Source: the human T2T-CHM13v2.0 reference genome, Homo sapiens
Length of the DNA: 64,000 nucleotides
Reading direction: 5' to 3' (one strand)
NCBI RefSeq assembly: GCF_009914755.1
Contig: NC_060931.1
The notes below the pieces were generated by a model that was given only the letters and a program-made list of their open reading frames with translations, was not told the DNA's origin and did no database searches. Positions 12,849 through 26,416 of the stretch are shown piece by piece. Positions within the stretch are counted from its first letter, which is position 1. Every line of letters begins with the position of its first letter. Position numbers and translations under genes: made by a program.

Positions 12849-13944
12849 TTTCTGGTGTTTTATCAGAGGAGCAAAACCTGAGGTAATTCAGATTCTGCTC
12901 TTTGTTATCTTCTAGGAGTTTTGTGAGTTTTCCTCCTATATAGGTCTATGATCCATTCTTAGTAATTTCTGTGAAAGTTGTCAGGTCTGGGTTTAGGGTT
13001 TTTTTTTTTCTTCTTTTCTCTTGTATGTGGATGTCCAGTTGTTCCAGTACTGTTTGTTGAAAAAGTATTGTTTCTCAATTGAATTTCCTTTGCTTTTTCC
13101 TCAAAGATAAGCTGACTATATTTCATGGGTCAATTTATGAGCTTTATCTTTTGTTTGATTGATCTGTTTCTCTATTATTTTTTACCAGTACCGTGTTTTG
13201 ATTACTGTAGCTTTATAGTAGTGCTTACAGTTGGGTAGTGTCATTCCTATAACTGTTCTTTTAAAATATTTTCTTGGTTATTCTGAGTCTTTTACCTTTC
13301 CATATAAACTTTAGAATCAGTTTGTCAATATCCACAAACTAGCTTTGTGGAATTTTGATTGGGATTGCACTGAATATGTAGATCTAGTTGGGAAGTACTG
13401 ACGTTTTAACAACGTTGAATCCCTCTTTACTTGAATGTGGATTATCTCTCCATTTATTTAGATCTTCTTTGATGTTTTCACAGTTTTGTAGTTTTCTTCA
13501 TATGGTTTCTATATTTATATTTATTTTCTTATATTTGTACCTAAAGAATTTCATTGTTATTGGTGCTAGCATAAATGTCACTGAATTTTTAAATTTCAAA
13601 TTCTAATTACATTACTGATATATAGGACAGTAATTGACATTTGTATATTAATCTTATATTGTGCAAAGTTGCTATAATTGCTCATTAAAATTGGTTATTC
13701 TAAGATTTTGTTTTGTGATCTTTTTGTATTTCTCCATAGGCAATTATATCATCTGTGTAAAAAGACTGTTTTATTTCTTCCTTCCCAGTCTATGTACCTT
13801 TTCTATTCTTGTCTTATTGCATTACCTAGGGCTTATAGTATAATATCATATAGGAATGGTGAGAGGAGACATCTTTGCCTTGCTCCTGATCTTAGCAGGA
13901 AGGAATCTAGTGTTTCTACATTCAGTATGAGGTTAGATGCAGGT

Positions 13945-14238
13945 TTTTTTTTTTTTCTTGAGATGTCGTCTCGCTCTGTCACCAGGCTAGAGTGCAGTGG
14001 TGTGACCTCAGCTCGTTGCAACCTCCGCCTCCCGGGTTCAAGCAATTCCTTGCCTCAGCCTCCCAAGTAGCTGGGACAACAGGCACGCACCAGCATGCCC
14101 GGCTACTTTTTTGTATTTTAGTAGAGACGGGGTTTCACCATGTTGGCCAGGATGGTCTCAATCTCCTGACCTCATGATGCACCCACCTCAGCCTCCCAAA
14201 GTGCTGGGATTACAGGCGTGAGGCACTGTGCCCGGCCA
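13945..14238 (-). mobile_element. Alu (Sc-like) nested in L1M
   Basis: Full Alu with tgcaggttttttt TSD on both sides. Confidence 0.92.
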
Positions 14239-14404
14239 GGTGCAGGTTTTTTTAATAGACATTATTTATGAAATTGAGGAAGTTTTCCTCTATTTCTAGT
14301 CTGCGGAGAGTTTTTCTCATGAATGGGTTTTGGATATTGTCAAATGATTTTTCTGAATGTACTGATGAAATCTTATCTTTTTAAAACTTAATATGATGAA
14401 CTAA

Positions 14405-14530
14405 TTTTTTTTAAAGACAGAGTCTTGCTATGTTGCCCAGGCTTAGTTTGAACTCCTGGCCTCAAGTGATCCTCCCTCCTTGGCTTCCTACTGCATTAGG
14501 ATTACAGGTATAAGCCACCACACTTAGCCT
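14405..14530 (-). mobile_element. FLAM/Alu monomer; mirror at 47069-47194
   Basis: Single Alu monomer. Confidence 0.75.
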
Positions 14531-15539
14531 AATTTATTTTCAAATGTTGAACCAGCCTGGCATGCCTGTAATAAATCTCACTGGGTTGCAGTATATAATT
14601 ATTTTTTACATTTTTGGACTTGATTTCTTAATATTTTGGTGAGGATTTTTGCATCTTTCTTCATGTGAGATATTGTCCTGCATTTTTTTCTTGTAACGTC
14701 TCTGTCTGAATTTGACACTATGGTAATCCTGGCCCCATTGAATAGTTTGAAAGTATTCACTCTGCTTCTGTTTTCTGGAGGAGATTGTAGAGGGTTGGAA
14801 TAATTTCTCTTAAATGTTTGCATAAATATACTAGTTACCTCATCTGGGTCTGGTACTTTCTATTTGGTAAGGTTACTTATCATTGACCCAATTTCTTTAA
14901 TAGATGTAGTACTATTCAAATTGTCTGTTTCTTATTGTGTGAGTTTGGGTAGGTTGTTTCTTTCAAAGAATTTGTCTGTTACATTTGGGTTACCAAATTT
15001 GTGGGCAAAGAGTGGTTTATAATGTTTCTTTATTATTCTTTAATTCTTCATGGGATCAGTAATGATAGATCCTCTTTCATTTCTGAAATTAGGACTGTGT
15101 CTTCTGTCTTTTTCAACCAAAACTAAAAAGGAACGTTTTAAAAAGTGAAAGCTATTTTTGATAAACTATCTAATTTCCCATGATCTGCAACTGTGGGTAC
15201 ATAGGAAGTACATGGAAACAGATGTTTGGCAGAGCTTGCCAACAAATTCTTTTCTGCATCAAGAAGGCATGCCTCTCAGCATGACACTCTTAAGAGGCAG
15301 AAATGTGACAAAAGAAGGATGCGATCTGCTCCTGGTGAAGAGCCACCTGACTCTCCCTCAGCTGCACATAGTGGCCTTAACGTGCATCTTGCTAGAAGGG
15401 GCATGCAAGCCAGGGGCTGCCAGCCAAGCCATACAGGCCAAGGACAGTTTCAAGTCTGCCTTTTATTTCATCGAACTGTTGTTCTAGTAAGCAGCTAGAG
15501 TTTTATGAACACTGTAAACTCTTTATCATATTTCTTTGC

Positions 15540-15833
15540 TATTTCTGGAGGATTTGTTCTAGGAGTCCTCTTGGATACCAAAATGCATGGATGTATAAGT
15601 TCTTTATATATAATGGCATAGTATTTACATATAACCTATGCATATTCTCCTGCATACTTTAAATCTTCTCTAGATTACTTTTAATACCTAAATTGTTGTT
15701 ATGCTGTGTTGTTTAGGGAATAGTGAAAAGAAAAATAAAATTCTGTAAATGTTCAGTACAGAAACCTTATTAAAATATTTTTGATTCACATTTGTTGAAT
15801 CCAGGAATGCAGAAATAAGGAGGGACAGCTCTA
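15540..15833. mobile_element. MER2-like (Tigger) DNA transposon; mirror at 45766-46059
   Basis: ggataccaaaat...atggcatagtatttacatataacctatgc...tactttaaatcttctctagattact...gttgaatcc. Confidence 0.7.
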
Positions 15834-15946
15834 CCTATGTTTGGAGTCCATGAATGTGTCATCTTGCTGTGTTTGTAAATAGAAATTTATTTCACAAAAT
15901 GACTCAACTGCTTCTTCACTAACATGTTCAAAAACTTGCAAGAAGC

Positions 15947-16250
<304 letters not shown>

Positions 16251-18224
16251 AGAGAGAGAGAGAGAAAAGAAAAGAAAAACACTTGCAAGAAGCAAAATAA
16301 GAATTGAGAAAGGGGAAAGATGATGACTGAGAGTTGGAAGGTTGCACATTTTCACAGAAAAGTAGAACGGAATTGTAACAAGCACTCTGATAGGAAATCA
16401 TAGTTTATGTCTCGCAACTGTCCCTGAAAAAATACAATGGTTGGCAGAAAAGACAAGAAATGAGATAGACTATAAATTAACTGGAGAAGAGAAAAAATAA
16501 TTCCCAGAAGTAAATTGTCAACGAGTTTGAAAGCAGGTAAAATGTAGGTGCATTATCCCTACTCTTTCTGAATAATTTTACAACCTTGTGCAACAGGAGC
16601 TTCTGTCACTGCAGAACCAGGGTCACCTGTGGAAAATCCTTGCTGAAGCCATCTCCCTGTCTGCCTGTCCCTCAGGCCCAGGAGTCATGAGTCCTTTCTC
16701 CAATAAGTCATTCAGTTGGCTGGCAGCAAACCCTGGTAAGATTCTTCAAGGCAGCTACTTTTTATCTTAGATTTTAACAGAAACTCATGAAGAAAAGTCT
16801 TAAGACCTAAACTCCCAAGTCCCTTACTGTATCATTTTGAGTATTAGGAAATCAGTCAGAGGTCTTTTCAGCATCTCTGAAATCACAATGCAAAAATAGC
16901 CCCAGCTTCATAAGGCCGATTCTTGGTATCTCTGTTCTGCAAAGTAGGGTAAGCAAGATGCCACAAAAGGCAGGTTGAATGCAGCATTATCCTCACTCCA
17001 CCAACAGAACTATCATACTTTAAGTAACCCAGCAGGTCTTTAAAATAAAGAAATTATAAAACATAAGGAAAAACTTTCTTGAGAGGAAAAAATTTACAAA
17101 TCAGAGGAAAATCTTCTAGAACTTTTACATCTTATAACAAATAAATCATATGCTTTATTGTTTTCCTCTGAGTACATCATCAGTACTTCCATAATACTTC
17201 TAATTTTTGGCTTGAAAACACCAGTTGCTTAAAAAAACACAGGGACACAAAACAAAATCCCAGAAATGTATAATTATTTTTTTTAAGCTGACAAAGGAGT
17301 AACACACCACTGACTTCTCAGGGAAAAGCTTTCAAGCAAAGCAGTCATTTCTGGTGGGGATTATAGAAGAGGGAGTTATCATGGTGAGATGGTGGAACTA
17401 ATCCAGAACAAGCCAGATTTTTAGTATTGACAAAGGGATTTAATCAGTTGCCCAGGAATACTCACTCACTTGGAAATCAAACTTCCATCATTATTCTTGG
17501 AAGAATTTCTGGAACTTCCCCTTTGGAAACAAATTTTTATCTTCAAAAATACCAGACAATAGAAGAAAAGAAATGAAAAAGGAGGCAGAGGAAGATGAAT
17601 CTTGCTTAGGCAGGGACTGAAAGGGAATTCGTGGCCATAGGCCACATTTTTCAGCGCCCACTGTGTGACGGCTTTCCCCAGGACCACACGTGTGCCACTG
17701 AACAAGAAGAGTCCACAGGGACCTTCACCTTATTCCTCCCCAACATCAAAACCAAAATGGAACAACCTACCATGAGAATATGAGTATATATCACAACTTC
17801 CATTACATTTAAAGCATGCAGAGTATCTAATTGCAAATTCAAACAGTGGAAAAACAAATCTACTTGCCTCCTGGCCACAGCCTTACTCTTTTAAGAGAAT
17901 GTGGTCTATGCTTTCTAATCCCATCACCAGGGATAAATAACCACAGGTTTGTGTGACATAGAACCACCTCCATGCAGAGGTAAATATGCATTTATTTTTT
18001 ATAAAATAAGAATTATACTCTGTACTTTTATACCATACTTTTAGAATATAACAGTTCTTATGATCATTTTATAATTATTTGAAACAACCTCCGTAGCTAT
18101 ATAACATTAAATCAAAAGAACATTTCATAATTTTACCATTTTCCTATTGGACATTGAGTTTGCTCTCATGAAGTTTATATTTGTGTGATGATTTGGGGGA
18201 AGTTTCTCGGCCTCACTAGATTGA

Positions 18225-18611
<387 letters not shown>

Positions 18612-19999
18612 TGAATGAATGAATGAATCTCTCCTTCAAATCTTGGCTAAAGTCTGCCTCATCCACAAAAGTTCCTGACCCTCACTTCAATCATAAACCT
18701 CTTTCTCTTCTATAATTTCCCATGTAGCTGTTTGTTTGTTTTTTTTTAACTCCCTGGCAGGAAAAAGAGGAAACATGCTATTTATTGAGCACTATTCTGA
18801 GTCAGGGACTGTGGTAAATACATTCAAGAAGAAAGCATCAAAAGGGCTATACGTCAGCCTAGACAGTGTGCCCCAGAGGGTCCTTGACTGAACATTTGGT
18901 GACGAGCATGTTGGGCATGTGCTCTAGGCTGAGGTGCAGCTCTTATGCCACAGACTGACCCTGGATCAATTATGGCTCAAGTCCCACCCTGAAATCTCTC
19001 TTTCCCATTTCTAGGTTTGTCAAGGAGGACAGAAACTCAGAGCACCCTGCACTTGGGGATCGGCACTAGGAGCTGCTCTCTGGATGGGGAGATGGGAGCT
19101 AGCAGCTCACAATGGGGTCACAAGGTAAGTTCCAAACAGCTCTGTCACAGAGAGCGTCAGCAGATCGCAAAGAAAGGGAGCATGTGAAGGAGAAAGCCCT
19201 GAGTGATGTCACAGCTCATTTCTGGGCAAAGGGAGAAGAAATTAGCACCCTGAGGCCCTTCCGCCTTATTAACCCATTGCACTTATTCTCAGAGGCTCCT
19301 GCCAAAAATAGAGACATTATTCCACCTCCACCTCCTCAAATTCTAAGCCAGAAATATGTGTGTGTTATCATTCAACTTATATCATTTTTTCCTCCTTAAA
19401 TGATATTTTCACCACTAATAAATTTATCAAAATTGTACTTCACATGTGTAATACAGAAGAAACAAGGCTTCCTTCAACACTGAATTAATGAAAAACAACT
19501 CAGGATATTTACTTTTCTTCACACCATAAATTTTGAAGAGCTTTTTCGTTATGCACTGTGTGTTACAACATATGTGCTTAAGCAGTCAAGCAAGTATCTC
19601 ATATCTGAATTGGAAAGCTTTAGAGTATTGACAAAGAAGATGTATGTATGTATGTGATGTTGCTGGCCTAAGACAGGCCACTGCTACTGCACACAGAGCA
19701 ACTGTATGTTAACAACTGCTGTGCTAGGGGCGTGTCCCCTGAAGTTAGTGTTGCTAGCATGGAATTGAAAATATTTATGAGTCTCAGACATGGCATCACG
19801 GTGTTTGACTATTATTACATTAGTTACTTTTAGTCACTGTTTTATTACAACATTTTAATGTACATTTGTTCACAGTGTAAAGAAACTGAAGTTTTTGTTT
19901 GTTTGTTTTTTCTTTGTTTCTGTTTTTGTTTTTAACTTTTATGGTTGTGTGCCCATGGGCCCCCACAAGAGGTCTCTGTTTGATCTCATTTCTGTGCTA

Positions 20000-20415
20000 G
20001 TGATATTTCTAGGAGTCCAATAATATGGGGCATGTTATAATATACCTTTTAGAATGAAGAAAAAGTGGTTACGTATACATTCTCCTACATCAAAAAAAGG
20101 CGCAAGAGCTGGCAGGTTTCTTTGGGTTATGAGAAACCCATTCCTAGTTTGAGTATGATACCGTGGCCCATTCAATGAATGTAATGGAAAACTGCTACTT
20201 TTAAATTGGGCACAGAATAATAGAAGGCCTGCAAAAAGTCCAGAGTGCAATGCAAGCTACTTTGCCACTTGTGCCATATGACTGCAGATGCAATGGTTTT
20301 TGAGGTGTGACTGGGAGATAGGAATGCTGTTGTATCTTTGATAGGTTGCTATACATAAAGCCTGGTGTAGGTCCTTATAATTTTGGAGCAGAGCCTTAAA
20401 ACCTTCTGCAGATAA
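20000..20415 (+). mobile_element. ERVL internal pol fragment; mirror at 41184-41599
   Basis: gcaagctactttgccacttgtgccatatga...ataggaatgctgtt...ttttggagcagagcc...tctgcagataa resembles the HERV-L RT/RNaseH connection as recalled. Confidence 0.65.
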
Positions 20416-20738
20416 TTCTTTCTTTCTTTCTTTCTTTTTTCTTTCTTTTTTTTCTTTCTTTTGAGGCAGTGTCTGCCTCTGTCAACTTGGCTAGAGTTCA
20501 GTGGCATAATCATGGTTCACTGCAGCCTCAACTTCCTAAGTGCAAGCAATTCTCCAGTCTCAGCCTCCTGAGACTACAGGTGCATGCCACCACATTCCAT
20601 GGATTTTAAATATTTTTGTACATATGGGGGCTTGCTGTGTGTGCCCAAGCTGGTCTCGAAATCCTTGCCTCAAGCAGTCCTCCTGCCATAGCCTCCCAAA
20701 GTGGTGGGATTACAGTTGTGAGCCACCACAATCAGCCT
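20416..20738 (-). mobile_element. AluJ-like with (TTTC)n tail; mirror at 40868-41183
   Basis: Diverged reverse Alu. Confidence 0.85.
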
Positions 20739-20870
20739 TACCTTTTGAAACTATTGTAAATGGAATTGTTTCTTCATGTCATGTTGAGATTGTTCATTGC
20801 TAGTGTATAGAATTTTTATTAATATTTTTATATTATTTTAAATCATGCAATCTTAACTCATTTATTATAG

Positions 20871-21930
<1,060 letters not shown>

Positions 21931-22330
21931 GTTTAATCTCTAATTGTTTTGGTTCTATTCATATATTCTACTTATTCTTGAACTTACTGTAATAACGTAT
22001 GCATATTATCCACTAATCAATTTCTAATTTGTAGCATACTATCTTTTTATATTTTCATTGCAATAAAAAGTAAAGGGAAGAATAATGTGGAAAGACAAAG
22101 ATTTTGGCAATCCATGTTTCCCTAGTGTCTCAGGGTCCTCTGTTGTAGGGAGGAGATTATTGTACTTGTTGTACTTAATACTCACATATGTTCATGAAGT
22201 AGATGGGACCCATCATCTAAAGTAAATTAGAGAACTTTGCAAAATGTAACCAAAATAAAAGTTTGTGCCTACCTCTCTTTTAATCAATATTTAGACGGGA
22301 CAGGAATATAAATTTCAAGAAAAACAAATA

Positions 22331-23238
22331 CATATTTCTTGGAGGCTTTGTTGATTTCTTTTTACTGTTTTTTTCTCTAAACTTCTCTTCTTGCTTCATT
22401 TCATTCATTTTATCTTCAATCACTGATACCCTTTCTTCCAGTTGATCGAATTGGCTACTGAAGCTTGTGCATTCGTCACATAGTTCTCGTGCCATGGGTT
22501 TCAGCTCCATCAGGTTATTTAAGGACTTCTGTTAACCGGTTATTCTAGTTAGCCATTCGTCTAATCTTTTTTCAAGGTTTTCAGCTTCTTTGCAATGGGT
22601 TCGAACTTCCTTCTTTAGCTCAGAGAAGTTTGATGGTCTGAAAACTTCTTCTCTCAACTTGTCAAAGTCATTCTCCTTCCAGCTTTGTTCTGTTGCTGGC
22701 AAGGAGCTGTGTTCCTTTGGAGGGGGAGAGGCACTCTGATTTTTAGAATTTTCAGCTTTTCTGCTCTGTTTTTTCCCCATCTTTGTGGTTTTATCTACCT
22801 TTGGTCTTTGATGATGGTAATGTACAGATGGGATTTTGGTGTGGATGTCCTTTCTGTTTGTTAGTTTTCCTTCTAACAATCAGGACCCTCAGCTGCAGGT
22901 CTGTTGAAGTTTGCTGGAGGTCCACTCCAGACCCTGTTTGCCTGGGTATCAGCAGCAGAGGCTTCAGAACAGCGAATATTGCTGAACAGCAAATGTTGCT
23001 GCCTGATTGTTCCTCTGGAAGCTTCATCTCAGAGGGGTACCCGGCCATGTGAGGTTTCAGTCTGCCCCTACTGGGGGGTGCCTCCCAGTTAGGCTACTCG
23101 GGAGGCACCCTGTCCGTTCTTGAGGAGGCAGTCTGTCCGTTCTCAGATCTCAAACTCTGTGCTGGGGGAACCAGCACTCTCTTCAAAGCTGTCAGACAGG
23201 GACATTTAAGTCTGCAGAGGTTTCTGCTGCCTTTTGTT
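22331..23238 (-). mobile_element. L1PA fragment (3' part of 5'UTR + ORF1 N-terminus), truncated at both ends
   Basis: ORF1 start MGKKQSRKAENSKNQSASPPPK (ATG at 22780) followed by coiled-coil peptides; ends at the arm junction. Confidence 0.92.
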
Positions 23239-23239
23239 C

Positions 23240-23470
23240 CATAACTATAGTTATTAATAATGTATTGTACACTTGAACTTTGATAAGAAAATAAAACTCA
23301 AATAGTCTCACCACACTAGGAAAAGGCAACTAGGTGAGGTGTGAGGGACATGTTAATTCGCTTGATTATATTAATAATTTCACAATATATAACTTTATTA
23401 GAACATATATGTAAGGTGATACAACTTATACAATTTTTATTTGTCAATCATATCCCAATTAAAATGGAAA
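23240..23470 (+). mobile_element. L1MA 3' end fragment
   Basis: actatagttattaataatgtattgtacacttgaa...caatttttatttgtcaat. Confidence 0.6.
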
Positions 23471-24015
23471 AATTAAGTGTAACCAAACTAATGTCTAGCC
23501 ACATGCAAATTTTATTTAGACCCATTTAAATAAATTCTAGATTTTCAATATAAAATCCAAACTGACATAATTTTTACAGAATCAGGAAAATTCTAATGAG
23601 GAAGCATGATATTAAAGATATAATTGAATAGTCATAATACCTAATACCCCTACATAATACCATAATATCCCTACTTATTAAAGTAGGGGTAAATTAAAAT
23701 ATTTTCAAAAGCTAAAATTTTGAGAGATTTGATTACCAACAGGAGCTTAAGAGTACCTTTTAAGAAAAAAGAAACATTTACTAATATGAAGTTAAAATGA
23801 AAATTAAAGAGAAAAAGATTTGATATGAGAATATCAATTTATGGTAGATATTGAACTTAGCAAGCTATAAAGTCCTTAGTAATATCAGCTTCAAAAGTAT
23901 TCATATATAATTTTAAAAGGTGATCTTATACACATTGGTTAAATCAGATAAAAAATGAGCTACTTGAGCAGTTTAAATAATAGCAGATGACTATTTTTCA
24001 GAAAACGTTTTTCAT

Positions 24016-24916
24016 CAATAGCTTGTTAAAATTGGTGGCACATCAATTACAATTCTGCAGAATACTTTTTTTTTTAATCAGAACTAATTTGTCCCAGTGG
24101 AATAACAGTGGCATATGCATTGAGCACAAGCCTCCGGAAATTCAGGACAACTGGGTCATACACCCATAACAGGATTGAGGATGTTGAAATAAGAAGGTTC
24201 ATAGGATACATGACCACAAAGCAACTCATAACAGCAGGATGGTCTGGGTGGCCCTTTTCTCTGAGGAGATTCTTGGAGAGATGCTGGTGCTGTGGAGCTG
24301 GGATTGCTTCTGATTTCTGAAAAAGAGGATCCACATGAATGCACTTGAGAGCAGCATAACTCTGACAAGGAAGGCATCCCTGGATAATTTCACTCCCTGA
24401 TGATGAGGTTCATGGGGAAAAGTGAGCAGTGTTTACTGACATTCAATAGATCAGTCTGAGTCACATTTGAAAAATACACAGTGAAGAAGATTAGGCTGCT
24501 ACTAAAAGACAAATTGAAGAACCAAAAAAGAAGAAAAACATTGGTAATGTAATTTGTAAATTTATGTTTAAACCTTGCCAACCATGAGTTTCTGGGACTG
24601 ACGGTGATGGCCTGGAGCACACTCAAGAGCCAGGGGGGACAGAGGGAGATGCCTCTTATCACCCTTTTTGTGTAAAATAATAGCTTACATTTAAAGCCAT
24701 TCCCAAATTCAGTGATTCAAACACAACTTGAGGAAAAAAATCCACTGCAGTAAGGAGCATTAGAATATGACTGAGGACCAAGTGGCAGATGATCAAGTCA
24801 TGGAACTTTGGCCTGGGATCCAGAAGAAATGTAAAGATTTGAAAGAAAAAAAAAATGGTATTGATGAATAATCCAATGCCAACTCGAAAAATAAAGGCAC
24901 TTGTTAATGATAACAT
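24016..24916 (-). pseudogene. VN1R pseudogene (spacer)
   Basis: GIGLFINT, LLDPRPK.HDLIICHL, LLSVLQAITVSPRNSWLARFKHK, SKHCSLFPMN, LLWVYDPV..N..RLVLNAYAT..PL.QISSD, spread over three frames. Confidence 0.92.
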
Positions 24917-25184
24917 AAGTAAAAATTGTTTTCATCTTAATGACATAGAAGAAACATTTTTGTATGTCTGGAAGAAACAATATACCTCACATCATCAATG
25001 TTCATTCTAAAGTGACATTATCCCAATCATCATTATTTTTATTTTGCTCATTTATTCATCATTAAGCTTATCTCATATGAATTCTTGACAATCTTCATTA
25101 TTCATCATTAACCTTATCTCATATGAATTCTTAACAATCTACCTTCTGTGTTATTTTGTACAGTAAATAATATATACATTACAT

Positions 25185-25560
25185 GTTGTTTTGGTTACTA
25201 TAACTCTGTAGTATAATTTGAAGTCAGGTAATGTGATTCCCTTAGTTTTATTCTTTTTGTTTTATTTAGTTTTTTTCTAGGTCTTTTAAGGTTTCATATG
25301 AATTTTAGAATTTTTTTCTTATTTCTGTGAAGAATGTCATTGGTATTTTGATAGGAATTGCATTGAAACTGAGATTGCTTTGGCTAGTATAGACATTTTA
25401 ACAATATTGATTCTTCTAATCTATAAAAAGCAAATTAAAAAAAAATTTTGTGTCCTCTTCAATTTTTTAAAAATCAGTGTTTTATAGTTTTCATTATACA
25501 GATATTTTACTTCTTTGATTAAGTACATTGCTAGGTATTTCATTTTATTTGTGGCTATTT
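25185..25560 (-). mobile_element. L1MA ORF2 fragment
   Basis: tgttttggttactataactctgtagtataatttgaagtcaggtaatgtga...ggtattttgatagg. Confidence 0.75.
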
Positions 25561-25854
25561 TTTCTTCAGTTTCTAATGTTACTCATTTCTGTCTCATACC
25601 TCATTAGATTGGCCTTTAATGTCCATATTTTTACCAACATTGTCTTCAAAATTATTTACATATTTTCTAAGAAGATGAAAACTTCCTCTGCAGTTGTATT
25701 TTCTTCCTGAGCCCTCATCAGAATTCAGCTTGATTACATATTTTTAATATGCACTTCCAAACTCTTTGATGCCTTTATACATCATTCAGTTCCAAAGCTG
25801 CTTACACATTTAGGTGTTTATTATATCAGGACCCCACTTCTCCATATCAAAATC

Positions 25855-26080
25855 TGTATTAGCATCCTTTAGATGCTATAGTAGAATACCATAGACTTAG
25901 TAGCTTAAACAATAGGTATTTCTTTCTTGTAGCTCTGGAGACTGAAAAGTCCAAGATCAAGGTGCCAGCTGATTCAATTCCTCAGCGAACTATCTCTTCC
26001 TTGCTTGAAGATAGCCACCTTCCCTCTGAGTTCTTGCATGATAGATAAAAAGCATGCTCTGGCTGGGCATGGTGGCTCAC
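25855..26080. mobile_element. MLT1 (MaLR LTR) fragment
   Basis: tgtattagc...ctctggagactgaaaagtccaagatcaaggtgccagc. Confidence 0.7.
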
Positions 26081-26258
26081 ACCTGTAATCCCAGCACTTT
26101 GGGAGGGCGAGGTGGGTGGATCACCTGAGGTCAGGAGTTTGGGACTAGCCTGGCTAACATGGTGAAACCCTGTCTCTACTAAAAGTACAAAAATCAGCTG
26201 AGCGTGGTGGTGTACACCTGTAATCCCAGCTACTTGGGAGGCTGAGACAGGAGAATCG
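26081..26258 (+). mobile_element. Alu, 3' truncated
   Basis: Alu consensus ~1-185, ending at ggagaatcgc. Confidence 0.9.
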
Positions 26259-26261
26259 CCA

Positions 26262-26416
26262 CCATGTGCCACCATGCCTGGCTAACTTTTGTATTTTTAG
26301 TAGAGATGGGTTTTCACCATGTTAGGTAGGCTGGTCTCAAATTCCTGACCTCAGGTGGTCCTCCTGCCTCGGCCTCCCCAAGTGCTGGGATTACAGGCAA
26401 GAGGCACCATGCCAGC
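26262..26416 (-). mobile_element. Alu left monomer, inverted and fused to the preceding Alu
   Basis: gccaccatgcctggctaactttt...gggattacaggc. Confidence 0.9.

Larger units (their letters stand above)
12890..15115 (-). mobile_element. Old L1M ORF2 fragment interrupted by Alu and FLAM
   Basis: Degenerate ORF2 peptides: DAKILTKIL.NQ, LRSGARQRC.LSP. Confidence 0.8.

Noticed and set aside
15158-15498. Two overlapping ORFs and a p53 half-site (AGGCATGCCT at ~15265)
   Set aside because: Non-ATG starts, no recognisable homology, and only a single half-site.
22783-23238. L1 ORF0 or intact antisense promoter
   Set aside because: The fragment ends before the ORF0 start region of the 5'UTR.
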